Made by a program: the position numbers and the translations under genes. Shown here in pieces: positions 40,003 to 52,470 of a DNA stretch of 64,000 bases (position 1 is its first letter; every line of letters starts with the position of its first letter). The notes under the pieces were generated by a model. The model was given only the letters and a program-made list of their open reading frames with translations, was not told where the DNA came from and did no database searches. Source of the DNA: an uncultured delta proteobacterium (GTDB taxonomy: Bacteria > Myxococcota > Myxococcia > Myxococcales > Myxococcaceae). The DNA lies in contig CAWCKH010000003.1 of NCBI GenBank assembly GCA_963796055.1, positions 160,001-224,000 on the forward strand, read 5' to 3'.

Positions 40003-41109
40003 TCAGGACGCCGGCGGCGGACCGAGGAAGTCGAGCGGGTCCACCGGGGCGCCGTCCTGGCGCACCTCGAAATGAAGGTGGGGACCACTGGTCTTCCCGG
40101 ACTCGCCCACCGTGGCGATGACCTGCCCTTCGCGCACCGGCTGGCCGGTCCGCACCCGGAGGTCGCGGTTGTGCGCGTAGACCGTCACCAGGCCGTGCGC
40201 GTGCTCGATGATCACCAAGAGTCCGTAGCCCTGCTGCGGACCGGCGAAGAGCACTGAGCCCTCGGCTGCGGTGCGCACCGGCGTGCCCGCCGGGGCGGCC
40301 AGGTCGATGCCGTCGTGCGGCGACCTCCCCTTCCGGCCGAAGCGTGCGTAGAGCACGCCCCGGAGTGGCCAGCGGAGCTGCCCCGAGCTGGGCCGGAGGG
40401 CCCCCACGGGCGGCTTCCCCACCTGCGCCGTCGAGGGGAGCGCGCCAAGCACGCTGGACTCGACGCGGCCCGGCCCATGCGGATCCCTCCGGGCCGCCGG
40501 CGCCGTCCGCTCCGCTGCTGGGTCGGCACGCGATGCAGGGGCGAGTGTCCGCGGCGGCCGCCCCGCGGCATCGAAGGCGGCCGCCAGGGCCGGCGGAAGC
40601 ACGGGCGCGCCCTCCTCCTCGGGCGAGGCACGCGCCGGCGAAGGCTGCTCCGGAGCGGCAGTGACTGGCGGGGCCTTCCCCACCGGGGCAGGCACGACGA
40701 GCACCTGGCCCACCACCAGGGGGGCCGAGACCGAGATGCCGTTCATCTTCGCGAGCGCCCCGGGGGTGATGCCCAGTCCGCGGGCGATCCGGTACAGCGT
40801 CTCGCTCTGGGCGACGCGGTGCGTGCCCGGCGCTGGCTCCGGCGCGGGCGCCGCCACCGGCCGCTCGTCCACCAGGTCCGGCTCGGCGTGCGCCGGTGCG
40901 AGCACGATCTGTGGTCCATCGGGGGTCATCCGGCGCGGCGCAGGGAGGTCATCCGTCCGGAGCGCGGTTCGCCTCCCGGGGCGCTCGCCGCTCACCGGCG
41001 TGCCGCACCCCGGAGCGAGCGCGGCCAGGAGCCCGGCCACGCAGAGCACACCCGTGCCGCGCCGCCGAGCGGCCGCGGCCTCGAGGGTCCGGGTCGCAAC
41101 CCGATGCAC
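40003..41109 (-). CDS. nlpD: LysM + M23 peptidase-family lipoprotein (NlpD-like)
   Basis: HRVAQSETLYRIAR (LysM), HDGID, YAH, GPHLHFEVR; lies after surE. Start uncertain. Confidence 0.85.
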   Translation of the reverse strand: MHRVATRTLEAAAARRRGTGVLCVAGLLAALAPGCGTPVSGERPGRRTALRTDDLPAPRRMTPDGPQIVLAPAHAEPDLVDERPVAAPAPEPAPGTHRVAQSETLYRIARGLGITPGALAKMNGISVSAPLVVGQVLVVPAPVGKAPPVTAAPEQPSPARASPEEEGAPVLPPALAAAFDAAGRPPRTLAPASRADPAAERTAPAARRDPHGPGRVESSVLGALPSTAQVGKPPVGALRPSSGQLRWPLRGVLYARFGRKGRSPHDGIDLAAPAGTPVRTAAEGSVLFAGPQQGYGLLVIIEHAHGLVTVYAHNRDLRVRTGQPVREGQVIATVGESGKTSGPHLHFEVRQDGAPVDPLDFLGPPPAS

Positions 41110-41158
41110 CAGGGAACACGCCTCCAGCGGACAGGTGTACCCCGGAACCCGGGGCGCA

Positions 41159-41932
41159 TCAGATTTTCGCCGGCCCGCGGCGCTCGAAGCCATCCATCGG
41201 CCAGCGCACCAGCTCCTCCATGGCCTTGAGATCTGTCATGTCGAGCAGGACGGGGGTGACGGAGATGAGCTGCTCGTCGAGCACCGCGTTGCAATCGCTC
41301 CCGGGCAGGTCCTCGTGCGAGTACTCCGTCCCACCGATCCAGTAGTACCTGCGGCCCCGCGGGTCGGTGTTCTCCACCACCTGGTTCCCGTAACTGTGCC
41401 TGCCGAGGCGGGTGACCGCCCAGCCCCGGGGCTCCGGCCCGGGGACGTTGACGTTCAAGAGCAACCGCGGTGGGAGCGTCTGCGAGAGCGCGGCCCGGGT
41501 GAGCGAGCGGGCGAACCGGGCGGCATGGGCGAAGTCGAGCCCGCGCCCACGGGCCACCAGGCTGAAGGCGATGGCGGGCACGCCGAGCAGGGTGGCTTCC
41601 ATCGCCGCGGCCACCGTCCCCGAGTAGACGACGTCGTCCGCCATGTTCGGGCCGTGGTTGATGCCGGAGACGGCCAGGGCCGGTGGCGCGTCCTTCATCA
41701 GATGGTGGATGGCCAGGTACGCGCAGTCGGTGGGCGTGCCGTCCACCGAGAACCACCGCTCGCGCACCTTCCGGATGCGCAGGGGCCGGGCGAGAGTGAT
41801 GGCGTGCGAGGCGGCGCTCTGCTCGTGCTCCGGCGCCACCACCCACACCTCGCCCAGCGGCTCCACCGCCTCGACCAGGGCGGCGAGGCCGGCAGACCCG
41901 ATTCCGTCGTCGTTCGAGACCAGGATCCGGAT
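41159..41932 (-). CDS. surE: 5'/3'-nucleotidase SurE (start codon reads ATC)
   Basis: The frame extends upstream of the track start as (I)RILVSNDDGIGSAGL; VVAP, GTPTDC, SGINHGPN, YSGTVAAA. Confidence 0.93.
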   Translation of the reverse strand: MRILVSNDDGIGSAGLAALVEAVEPLGEVWVVAPEHEQSAASHAITLARPLRIRKVRERWFSVDGTPTDCAYLAIHHLMKDAPPALAVSGINHGPNMADDVVYSGTVAAAMEATLLGVPAIAFSLVARGRGLDFAHAARFARSLTRAALSQTLPPRLLLNVNVPGPEPRGWAVTRLGRHSYGNQVVENTDPRGRRYYWIGGTEYSHEDLPGSDCNAVLDEQLISVTPVLLDMTDLKAMEELVRWPMDGFERRGPAKI

Positions 41933-41935
41933 GGC

Positions 41936-44027
<2,092 letters not shown>

Positions 44028-44029
44028 GC

Positions 44030-45013
44030 TCAGCGTCCTCCTGCCTGGCGAGAGAAGTACTCGGGCTTCTTCTCGAACCGATGCTGGGCCTGCACGTAAC
44101 GGACGGTCCCGGTCTTGCTCCGCATCACCACCGACCAGGTCTCGGCGCCACCGCCGAAGAAGCGCACGCCCCTGAGGAAGTCGCTGGAGGTGACCCCGGT
44201 GGCGGCGAACATCACCTCCCCGCTGGCCAGCTCCTCGGCGGTGTAGATCCGGTTCATGTCGGTGACGCCCATCTTCCGCGCCCGGGCAATCTCCTCGTCG
44301 TTGCGCGGCCTCAGCCGGCCCTGCATGTCGCCGCCCACGGACTTCACCGCCGCCGCGGTGATGACGCCTTCCGGCGCCCCACCGGTTCCCATCAGCACGT
44401 CCACGCCGGTCTCCGGGAAGCAGGTGGCCACCCCACCTGCCACGTCGCCGTCCTCGATCAACCGGATGCGGGCCCCCGCAGACCGGACCTCGTTGATGAG
44501 CTCCTCGTGTCGAGGGCGGTCGAGGATCACCACCGTGAGGTCCCCGAGCTCGCGGCCCAGCGCCGAGGCGATGGACCTGAGGTTCTCGCTCGGGCTCTTG
44601 CGCAGGTCGATCGCCCCACGCGCCTGGGGGCCGACCGCCAGCTTCTCCATGTAGGTATCCGGCGCGTTGAGGAGCTTGCCCCGCTCGGCGAGCGCCACCA
44701 CCGCGATGGCCCCCGGTCGCCCGTAGGCGCAGAGGTTGGTGCCCTCGAGCGGATCGAGCGCGATGTCGATGCCCGGATCCTCCTGCCCCCAGGTTCCGAC
44801 CTTCTCGCCGATGTAGAGCATGGGGGCCTCGTCGCGCTCGCCCTCGCCGATGACCACCGTGCCCTGGATGTGCAGGGTGTCGAAGGCCCGGCGCATGGCG
44901 TCGACCGCGGCCTGGTCGGACAGGTTCTTCTCCCCCCGCCCCATCAACCGGGCCGCGGCGATCGCCGCCAGCTCGGTGACGCGCACCACCTCCAGCGCCA
45001 GGTTGCGGTCCAT
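44030..45013 (-). CDS. glpX: Fructose-1,6-bisphosphatase class II
   Basis: VIGEGERDEAPML, DPLEGT, APDTYMEK, DGDVAG, GGAPEGV. Confidence 0.96.
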   Translation of the reverse strand: MDRNLALEVVRVTELAAIAAARLMGRGEKNLSDQAAVDAMRRAFDTLHIQGTVVIGEGERDEAPMLYIGEKVGTWGQEDPGIDIALDPLEGTNLCAYGRPGAIAVVALAERGKLLNAPDTYMEKLAVGPQARGAIDLRKSPSENLRSIASALGRELGDLTVVILDRPRHEELINEVRSAGARIRLIEDGDVAGGVATCFPETGVDVLMGTGGAPEGVITAAAVKSVGGDMQGRLRPRNDEEIARARKMGVTDMNRIYTAEELASGEVMFAATGVTSSDFLRGVRFFGGGAETWSVVMRSKTGTVRYVQAQHRFEKKPEYFSRQAGGR

Positions 45014-45114
45014 GGACGTCCTCCTCCCCCTGCAGGTGCCGCGGACCGTACTCCGCCCCGTGGAGCGAGGCGACGGCTCCGGGGTGCGCCCCCCGTCGCG
45101 GAGGCCGGGGGGCG

Positions 45115-45516
45115 TCAGGCGGTGGACGGGGTGACCAGGGCAGCCACCCAGTCGGGGAGGCGAGCCGGTCGGCCTGCCCTTCCGAGGCAGGCGTGCACCG
45201 TGCTGCCGGTGCAGAGCACGGCGTCCTCTCCCTCGCGGGTGACGTGGTAGCGGAAGGTGAGCGTCACCCGGGTCACCGCGGGAACCTCGGTGCCGATCAG
45301 GAGCACGTCCTCGTAGCGGGCTGGCGCCACGTACCGGCAGGTGGCCTCCACCACCGGAAGGCTGAACCCCTCGGCTTCCATCTCCCGGTAACTGCGGCCG
45401 TGGGCGCGGAGGAACTCGCTCCGGGCGAGCTCGAAGTAGCGGAGGTAGTTGGCGTAGTACACGACCCCCATCTGGTCGGTGTCGCCGTAGATGACCCTCA
45501 CCCGCGCCTGGAACAT
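45115..45516 (-). CDS. Acyl-CoA thioesterase (YbgC/FadM family)
   Basis: YGDTDQMGVVYYANYLRYFE, PARYED. Confidence 0.9.
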   Translation of the reverse strand: MFQARVRVIYGDTDQMGVVYYANYLRYFELARSEFLRAHGRSYREMEAEGFSLPVVEATCRYVAPARYEDVLLIGTEVPAVTRVTLTFRYHVTREGEDAVLCTGSTVHACLGRAGRPARLPDWVAALVTPSTA

Positions 45517-45608
45517 CCGTCCCTCCTGTCGGGCACGGTAGGCGTGGCGGCGACGGCGGGACAAGCGCCGCGCGATCGACTGCGGGGGGCTACACTGCGC
45601 AGCGCTCG

Positions 45609-47225
45609 ATGACCCGTGCCCTCGCCCTCGCACTCCTCCTGCTCGCCGCGCCCGCGCTGTGCAAGCCTCCGCGGCTCACGCTCTTCATCGCCGTGGATGC
45701 GCTGGGAACGGACCTGCTCCTCCGCTCCCGGTCCCAGCTCCGGGCGGGACTGGCCCAGCTCATCGACCGGGGCGCGTTCTATCCAGACGTGCGCTTCCAG
45801 CAGGCAGTGGTGGCGACCGCGCCGGGGCACAGCGTGCTCTCCACCGGCGCGTACCCCTGGCGCACCGGGGTGGTCGGCAACCGGCTGATGAACCGGGGCA
45901 CCGGCAAGGAGGAGCCCGTCTTCTGGGACCCCACCCATCCGGTGCTCGAGGCCCCGGCGGGGGTGGAGGACGTCTCGCCCGAGGCATTGCTGGCCGAGAC
46001 GCTGTCCGATCACCTCAGGCTCTTCACTGGCGGGCGGGGAAAGGCGATTGCCCTCTCCGGGAAGGCCCGGGCGGCGATTGCCCTGGCCGGGCGGCTGGGA
46101 CAGCCGTTCTGGTTCAACGAGCAGGTGGGGCGCTTCGTGACCGGCACCGCGTACATGAAGGAGCTGCCGGCGTGGCTGCGGACGCTCAACGACCGGCGCA
46201 TCCCCGACACGGCCTTCGGGACCGAGTGGGGTCTGGCGCTGCAGACCAAGGACTACCTCGGCGAGGACGATCGACCCTTCGAGGCACCTGGCTTCGGGAT
46301 GGGCCGGACCTTCCCCCACCCGCTCAAGGGCGGAGCCCCCGCTCCAGGCGCGCCGTCGTACGCGGCTTTCGCCTCCTCTCCCTTCGCCAATGATCTGCTG
46401 GTCCAGGCGGCGAAGGCGGCCATCGCCGCCGAGGGGCTGGGAAAGGACGACGTCCCGGACCTCCTCTCGGTCAGCTTCAGCGCGACCGACCTCGTCTACC
46501 ACCAGTACGGCCCGTACTCCTGGGAGATGCAGGACGCGCTGGTGCGGCTCGACCGGCAGATCGGCGATCTGCTCGCGGCAGCCGAGAAGGCGGCGGGCGG
46601 CCGGCAGGCCCTCCTGGTGGTGCTCTGCTCGGACCACGGCGGGGCGGCGCTCCCCGAGGAGTGGATCGCCGCCGGCATCAACGCCACGCGGGTGAAGCCC
46701 TCCGTCCTCCGGCAAGGCCTCGCCCAGGAGCTGCAGAACCGTTTCGGCGCACCGCTGCTGCTCGGGCTGGTGGACCGCGACGTGTTCCTCAACGCCAAGG
46801 CGCTCGCGGAGAAGAAGCTCGACCCGGCTGTGGTGCGCCGGGCCGCTTCCGACTGGCTGGCCCGTCAGCCCGGGGTCGCGCTCGCCGTGGCGCAGGACGA
46901 GCTCGAGTCCGGTCAGGAGCTGAGCGGCTTTCTCCCGGCGCTGCGCAGGAGTCATTACCCGGGCCGCAGCGGGGATGTGACGTTTCTCATGAAGCCGTAC
47001 GCCGTGTTGACCGAGTACGATTCCGGCACCACCCACGGCGAGCCCTACGCCTATGACAACCAGGTCCCGCTGGTCCTCTACGGCAAGGGCGTGAAGCCCG
47101 GGCTGTACCGGATGCAGGTGCACGCCAGCGACGTCGCGCCCACCGCAGCGATGCTGATGGAGATGGGCGCGCCGGCCTCGGCCGAAGGCGAGCCGCGCGT
47201 CGAGTCCATCGTTCAGGGCCGCTGA
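45609..47225 (+). CDS. Alkaline phosphatase superfamily protein (PafA-like)
   Basis: Signal peptide; AVD, TAPGH..LSTG, SGKARAA, SFSATD..YH.YGP, SDHG, TTHG.PY.YD. Confidence 0.9.
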   Translation: MTRALALALLLLAAPALCKPPRLTLFIAVDALGTDLLLRSRSQLRAGLAQLIDRGAFYPDVRFQQAVVATAPGHSVLSTGAYPWRTGVVGNRLMNRGTGKEEPVFWDPTHPVLEAPAGVEDVSPEALLAETLSDHLRLFTGGRGKAIALSGKARAAIALAGRLGQPFWFNEQVGRFVTGTAYMKELPAWLRTLNDRRIPDTAFGTEWGLALQTKDYLGEDDRPFEAPGFGMGRTFPHPLKGGAPAPGAPSYAAFASSPFANDLLVQAAKAAIAAEGLGKDDVPDLLSVSFSATDLVYHQYGPYSWEMQDALVRLDRQIGDLLAAAEKAAGGRQALLVVLCSDHGGAALPEEWIAAGINATRVKPSVLRQGLAQELQNRFGAPLLLGLVDRDVFLNAKALAEKKLDPAVVRRAASDWLARQPGVALAVAQDELESGQELSGFLPALRRSHYPGRSGDVTFLMKPYAVLTEYDSGTTHGEPYAYDNQVPLVLYGKGVKPGLYRMQVHASDVAPTAAMLMEMGAPASAEGEPRVESIVQGR

Positions 47226-47231
47226 GCGGGA

Positions 47232-48068
47232 TCAGCGCTCGACGATCTCCAGCGACAGGTCCATCGCCCGCGCCGAGTGGGTGAGCGCGCCCATCGACAC
47301 GAAATCGACCCCCAGCTGCGCCAGCTTCGGCAGCCGCTCCAGGGTCACGTTCCCGGAGACCTCGAGCTGCACCTTCCCGCCGGTGATCCGCACCGCCTCG
47401 GCGACGGTGGCGTCGTCCATGTTGTCCAGCAGCACCACGTCCGCGCCGCCGGCGATGGCGTCCGCGAGCTGCTCCAGCCGGGTGATCTCCACCTCGATTC
47501 TCACCAGCTGCGGTGCGTACGCCCGCGCCCGCCGGAGCGCCTCGCGCACGTCCCCGCCCACCGCGGCGAGGTGGTTGTCCTTGATCAGCACGCCGTCGAA
47601 GAGCCCGAAGCGGTGGTTGGACGCCCCTCCGGCACGCACCGCCTCCTTCGACAGCCCGCGCATCCCCGGGCTGGTCTTCCGCGTGTCCAGGACACGAAGG
47701 TGCGAGCCCCGCACCGCGTCCGCCGCCCGCGCCGCCAGCGTGGCGATGCCGCAGGTCCGCTGGAGAATGTTGAGCGCGGTCCGCTCACCGACGAGCAAGG
47801 TGCGCAGCCCGGCCGAGACGGAGCCGATGGCCGAGCGGCCAACGATGCGCGCCCCCTCCGGCTCGGAGAAGCGAACGTCCGCGCCCGGCTCCAGCCGGGT
47901 GAAGACCCGGGCGAAAGCGCGGGTCCCGGCGAGGACCAGCGGCTCCTTCGCCCACACCTCCGCCCGGCCCCGCGCATCCTCGGGGACGAGCGCCTGGGTG
48001 GTCACGTCGCCCGCAGCGCCCAGGTCCTCCTCCAGGGCCAGGTCGATCAACCGGTCGACGAAGTCCAT
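47232..48068 (-). CDS. nadC: Nicotinate-nucleotide pyrophosphorylase (quinolinate phosphoribosyltransferase)
   Basis: GDVTT, ERTALN, DTRKT, HRFGL, LIKDNH, LLDNM, GALTHS. Confidence 0.96.
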   Translation of the reverse strand: MDFVDRLIDLALEEDLGAAGDVTTQALVPEDARGRAEVWAKEPLVLAGTRAFARVFTRLEPGADVRFSEPEGARIVGRSAIGSVSAGLRTLLVGERTALNILQRTCGIATLAARAADAVRGSHLRVLDTRKTSPGMRGLSKEAVRAGGASNHRFGLFDGVLIKDNHLAAVGGDVREALRRARAYAPQLVRIEVEITRLEQLADAIAGGADVVLLDNMDDATVAEAVRITGGKVQLEVSGNVTLERLPKLAQLGVDFVSMGALTHSARAMDLSLEIVER

Positions 48069-48099
48069 GCGCTGGAGGTGGAGCCGACGGCGGTGACGA

Positions 48100-48495
48100 C
48101 TAACGCCGAGACTTCCGGGCGGTGCGCCGGGCGCCGCGCCGGGCCTTGCGCGCCCCGCGCCGCTTCGCCACGCCCTTTCGGAGTGCGCCCCTGCGTGCGC
48201 TCTTCCGAGCCGCGGCCTTCTTCCTGCGCGCCGGCGCCTTCTTCGCGGCCTTGCGCTTCGGGGCCTTGCGGGCCGCCTTGCGCGCTGGCGCCGTCTTCTT
48301 CGCGGCGGGCTTCCTCGGAGCAGCGGAGCGCCGCGGTCGGGCGGCGGCCACGGGCGCGGCCGGAGCAGGCGACTCGCTGCCCATGCCCATCCCCATGCCC
48401 ATGCCGCTGGAGGGCGCGGGCATGTCTCCGCCGATGCTTCCGCCCATGCCGCCCATCCCGTTCGACTCCATCTCTTCCGGTGTTCTCTCGGACAT
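48100..48495 (-). CDS. Histone H1-like basic protein
   Basis: GGAGG SD; acidic, Met/Gly-rich N-terminus; K/R/A-rich repeats (KPAAKKTAPARKAARKAPKRKAAKKAPARRKK). Confidence 0.75.
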   Translation of the reverse strand: MSERTPEEMESNGMGGMGGSIGGDMPAPSSGMGMGMGMGSESPAPAAPVAAARPRRSAAPRKPAAKKTAPARKAARKAPKRKAAKKAPARRKKAAARKSARRGALRKGVAKRRGARKARRGARRTARKSRR

Positions 48496-48507
48496 CGTTC
48501 CTCCAGG

Positions 48508-51265
48508 TCAGATCCGACTGAGGTTGTCCAGCAGCTTGGCCTTCCGGGCCTCGAGCTCGGTCACCCGGGCCCGATCCTTCTCCACCACGTCGGCCGGAGC
48601 CCGCGCGACGAAGCTCGGATTGTCCAGCTTTCGCCTCAAGGCTGCCAGATCCGACTCGACGCGGGCGATCTCTTTCCGCAGGCGCGCGCGTTCTTCGTCG
48701 AGATCCAACAACCCCGCCAGCGGGACGTAGACGGAAACCCCCTGTCCCACCCACGACGCCGATGACGGCGGCGGCGTCCCCACCGGCTGCACCGTGAGCT
48801 CCGACAGCCCGGCCAGCGGCTCGACGTAGCCCCGCGTGCGCTCCAGGGCCGCCTGGAGCGCTGCGTCGTCGGTCTGCACCACCGCCCGAATCCTCTGGAG
48901 TGGCGGGAGGTTGCTCTCGCCCCGAATGTTGCGGATGCCGTCGATGACCGCGATGACCGGCGCCATCTCCGCCTCCGCCGCGGGGTCCTCGGGCCCTGGC
49001 TGCGGAGACGCTGCGAGCATCAGGAATGCGTCTTCGGGCACCCCCGGAAGCCGGTGCCAGATCTCCTCGGTGATGAAGGGGATGAAGGGGTGCAGCAGCC
49101 GCAGCACCCGGTCCAGCACGTGGATCAGCACCGCCCGGGTGGTGTCCCTGCGCTCGGCGTCGGTGCCCTGGAGTCCAGGCTTGGCGAGCTCGATGTACCA
49201 GTCGCAGAAGGCGTGCCAGGTGAACTGGTAAAGGGAGGACGCGGCCTCCGCGAACTCGTAGCGGCCCAGCGCGTCGTTCACCTCGCGGGTCACCCGCTCG
49301 GTCCGCGAGAGGACCCACCGGTCGGCGAGCGTCAGCGCCCGGTCGCGCAGCGGAAGGTTCCCGGGATGGAAGTCACCGAGGTAGAGCAGCAGGAAGCGCG
49401 AGGCGTTCCACAGCTTGTTGGTGAACGCCTTGTAGCCGTTGACCCGGTCGAGCGAGAGCTTGATGTCCCGGCCCTGCGCCGCGAGCGCTGCGAGCGTGTA
49501 ACGCAACGCGTCAGCCCCGAACGCCGGCATCCCTTGCGGGAACTTGTTGCGCAGGCTGGGGGGGAGCGCCTCTGCCGTCTGGCCGTGGATGACGTCGAGC
49601 GGGTCGACCACGTTCCCCTTCACCTTCGACATCTTCTCGCCCTTCTCGTCGCGCACCATCGCGTGCAGATAGACGGTGCGGAAGGGCACATCGCCCATGA
49701 AGTGCAGGCCCATCATCATCATCCGGGCCACCCAGAAGAAGAGGATGTCGTGCCCGGTCTCCAGAACGGAGGTCGGGTAGAAGGTCTTCAGCTCCGGTGT
49801 CCTCTCCGGCCATCCCAGGGTGCTGAAGGGCCAGAGCGCCGAGCTGAACCAGGTGTCGAGCACGTCCGGGTCCTGGCTCAGCGCCGAGCCGCCGCACGAA
49901 GGACACGCCGCAGGCCGGGCCCGGGCCACGATGGGCGTGGCCTTCTCGAGGTCGAGCGCGCCCGAGGCGGTGCGGGGGGTGCACGCCTCGCAGTACCAGG
50001 CGGGGATTCTGGTGGCCCCACCACAGCTGCCGGCTCACGCACCAGTCCTGGATGTTGCGCATCCAGTGGAAGTAGGTGGCGTTCCAGCTCTCGGGGAGGA
50101 TGGTGGTCCTGCCCTGCTCCACCGCCTCGATGGCCGGCCTGGCCAGCGGCTCGATCCGCACGAACCACTGCGGCGACAGGCGCGGCTCGACGATGGTCCC
50201 GCTCCGCTGGCAGAGCCCGATGCTCAGGGTGTGCGGCTTCTCGGAGACGAGCAGCCCCTGCGCGGCGAGGTCCTCGAGCACACGGGTACGCGCCTCGAAG
50301 CGGTCGAGCCCGGCGTACGGCCCGGCGGCCTCGGTGGTCCGTGCGGCCTCGTCGAGGATGGAGATCATCTGCAGCGCGTGCCGCAGCCCGGTCTGGTAGT
50401 CGTTGAAGTCGTGCGCCGGGGTCACCTTCACCACCCCGGTGCCGAACTCCGGGTCCACCAGGGTGGCGTCGGCGATGACCGGAATCTCCCGCTCCAGCAG
50501 CGGCAAGATGACCGTCTTGCCGATCAGATCCCGGTAGCGCGGGTCGTCCGGGTGCACCGCCACCGCGGTGTCGCCGAGCATCGTCTCCGGGCGGGTGGTG
50601 GCCACGGTCAGGAACCGGTCCTGCCCCTTCACCGGGTAGCGGATCTCCCAGATGGACCCCTGCCGCTCCTCGTGCTCCACCTCGAGGTCGCTGAGCGCGG
50701 TCCGGCAGTCCGGGCACCAGTTGATCAGCCGGCTGGCGCGGTAGAGCAGCCCCTCCTCGTACAGACGGACGAACACCTCCAGCACCGCCCGCGAGCTGCC
50801 CTCGTCCATGGTGAAGCGAGAGCGGCTCCAGTCGAGGCTCGCCCCCAGGTGCTCGTGCTGCTCCTGGATGCGGGCGCCGTAGCGCTCCTTCCACTCCCAG
50901 ACGCGGCGCACGAACTCCGCCCGGCCGAAGTCGTGGCGGGACTTTCCCTCGGTCTTCTTCAGCTCCCGCTCGACCACCATCTGGGTGGCGATGCCGGCGT
51001 GGTCCACCCCCGGCTGCCACAGGGTGTTGAACCCGCGCATCCGGTGCCAGCGGATGAGGATGTCCTCCAGGGTGGCGGTGAGCGCATGCCCGATGTGCAG
51101 CGACCCGGTGACGTTGGGTGGCGGCAAGATGATGCAGTACGGCGGCTTGCTCGACGTGGCTTCCGCCCGGAAGCAGCCGGCGGCTTCCCAGCGCCGGTAC
51201 CAGCGCGCCTCCACCTCCGCAGGCTCGTAGGCCTTCGGAAGTCCCTCCTGATCGTCCTCGGACAT
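48508..51265 (-). CDS. valS: Valyl-tRNA synthetase, split by a +1 frameshift at about 50007
   Basis: [27 protein letters not shown] and SRQLWWGH in one frame; [13 protein letters not shown] and the C-terminal coiled coil in another. Removing one base restores GHQIPAWYC. Confidence 0.95.
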
Positions 51266-51284
51266 ACCCGTGTGGAGGGGCTGT

Positions 51285-52469
51285 TTAGCCTTTTCCGTCC
51301 CGCTCGCGCATCGTCCGCTCGGCGATTTCGCGAACGATCGTCTCCGCGAGCTGGGGGACAACTTCCCAGGCGATCTTCTCGATGACCTCGCGCGAGGCCT
51401 TCCCCAGCGCCTCGCGGAGACGGGCTTCGCCCCCGTCGGCGGCCGCGGCCGCCGGCTCGGTCCCGAGGTCGAGCGACATCTCCTCCGCGGCAGCCGGCGG
51501 GGGGATCTGCGGTTCCACCTGGTAGCCCCGGACGGGGGTGTTGGCCGGGGCCGAGAGCCCGAACGGGTCACGGGCGCGGGCGGTGGCGGGCGCCGCGGGG
51601 GTGGCCGGCACGGGCGGCAGCGGCGCTGCGCCGGGTGCCCGGGGGAAGCCACCCGGGGTCATCGGAGCCGCCGGGCGTGCGAAGCCGGACTGGGTCCCGA
51701 GCGGCATCCCTGGCCGGGTCATCCCCGGGACGGTGCCGCCGGTCATCGGCTGAGGGGGCCGCGGGAGCCCGCTCGTTGCCGCTCCGGTCGGACGGCCCAG
51801 AGGCACGCCCGGCTGGGTGATGGGGCGGGCGACGGGCTGAGGCGCCGGACGGGGAACGCCCGCCATCGGGGTCGGGGCCGGGCCGGCGGGCCGGGGAATG
51901 CCGGCGGGTCCCGGCATCGGCTGGGGGACTCCGGCGGTGGGGACGGGACGCGGCGCACCCGCCGGGGAGAAGGCGCCCGTCGCCGCGGGGCGTGGCGCGC
52001 CGGAGGCCATTGGCTGGCTGGGGCGGGGAACCGCAGGCTGCGACGTCGCTGGGGGCGGAGCCACCGCCGCCGGGCGAGCCGGCATCATCGGCTGACCCAG
52101 CGGAAGCCCGACCAGGGTGCGGACCCGGTCGAGGAAGGCCTGGCTCTCGAAGGGCTTGGTGATGTGCGCGTCCGCCCGGGCGGCCCGGGCGCGCGCTTCG
52201 TCGAACGGCTCGAAGTTGCCGGCCAAGAGAAGCACTGGCGTGGAGGCGGTGGCCGGGTCCGACTTGAGCGTCTCGCAGACCTCGTAGCCGCTCCGGCCAG
52301 GCATCAGCACGTCGGCGATGACCAGGTCCGGGCGCATCTCGCGGGCGCGGGCAATGGCATCGATGCCGTTGTCCACCGCGGTGATCTGGAAATCCTCGAG
52401 CGCGAGCACCATCCCGATGACCTTGCGGATGGTGAGCGAGTCATCGGCGACGAGCAGGGTCTTCGGCAT
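51285..52469 (-). CDS. romR: Polarity response regulator RomR
   Basis: REC domain ([17 protein letters not shown]), long Pro-rich linker, C-terminal [29 protein letters not shown]; upstream of valS. Confidence 0.9.
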   Translation of the reverse strand: MPKTLLVADDSLTIRKVIGMVLALEDFQITAVDNGIDAIARAREMRPDLVIADVLMPGRSGYEVCETLKSDPATASTPVLLLAGNFEPFDEARARAARADAHITKPFESQAFLDRVRTLVGLPLGQPMMPARPAAVAPPPATSQPAVPRPSQPMASGAPRPAATGAFSPAGAPRPVPTAGVPQPMPGPAGIPRPAGPAPTPMAGVPRPAPQPVARPITQPGVPLGRPTGAATSGLPRPPQPMTGGTVPGMTRPGMPLGTQSGFARPAAPMTPGGFPRAPGAAPLPPVPATPAAPATARARDPFGLSAPANTPVRGYQVEPQIPPPAAAEEMSLDLGTEPAAAAADGGEARLREALGKASREVIEKIAWEVVPQLAETIVREIAERTMRERDGKG

Positions 52470-52470
52470 G

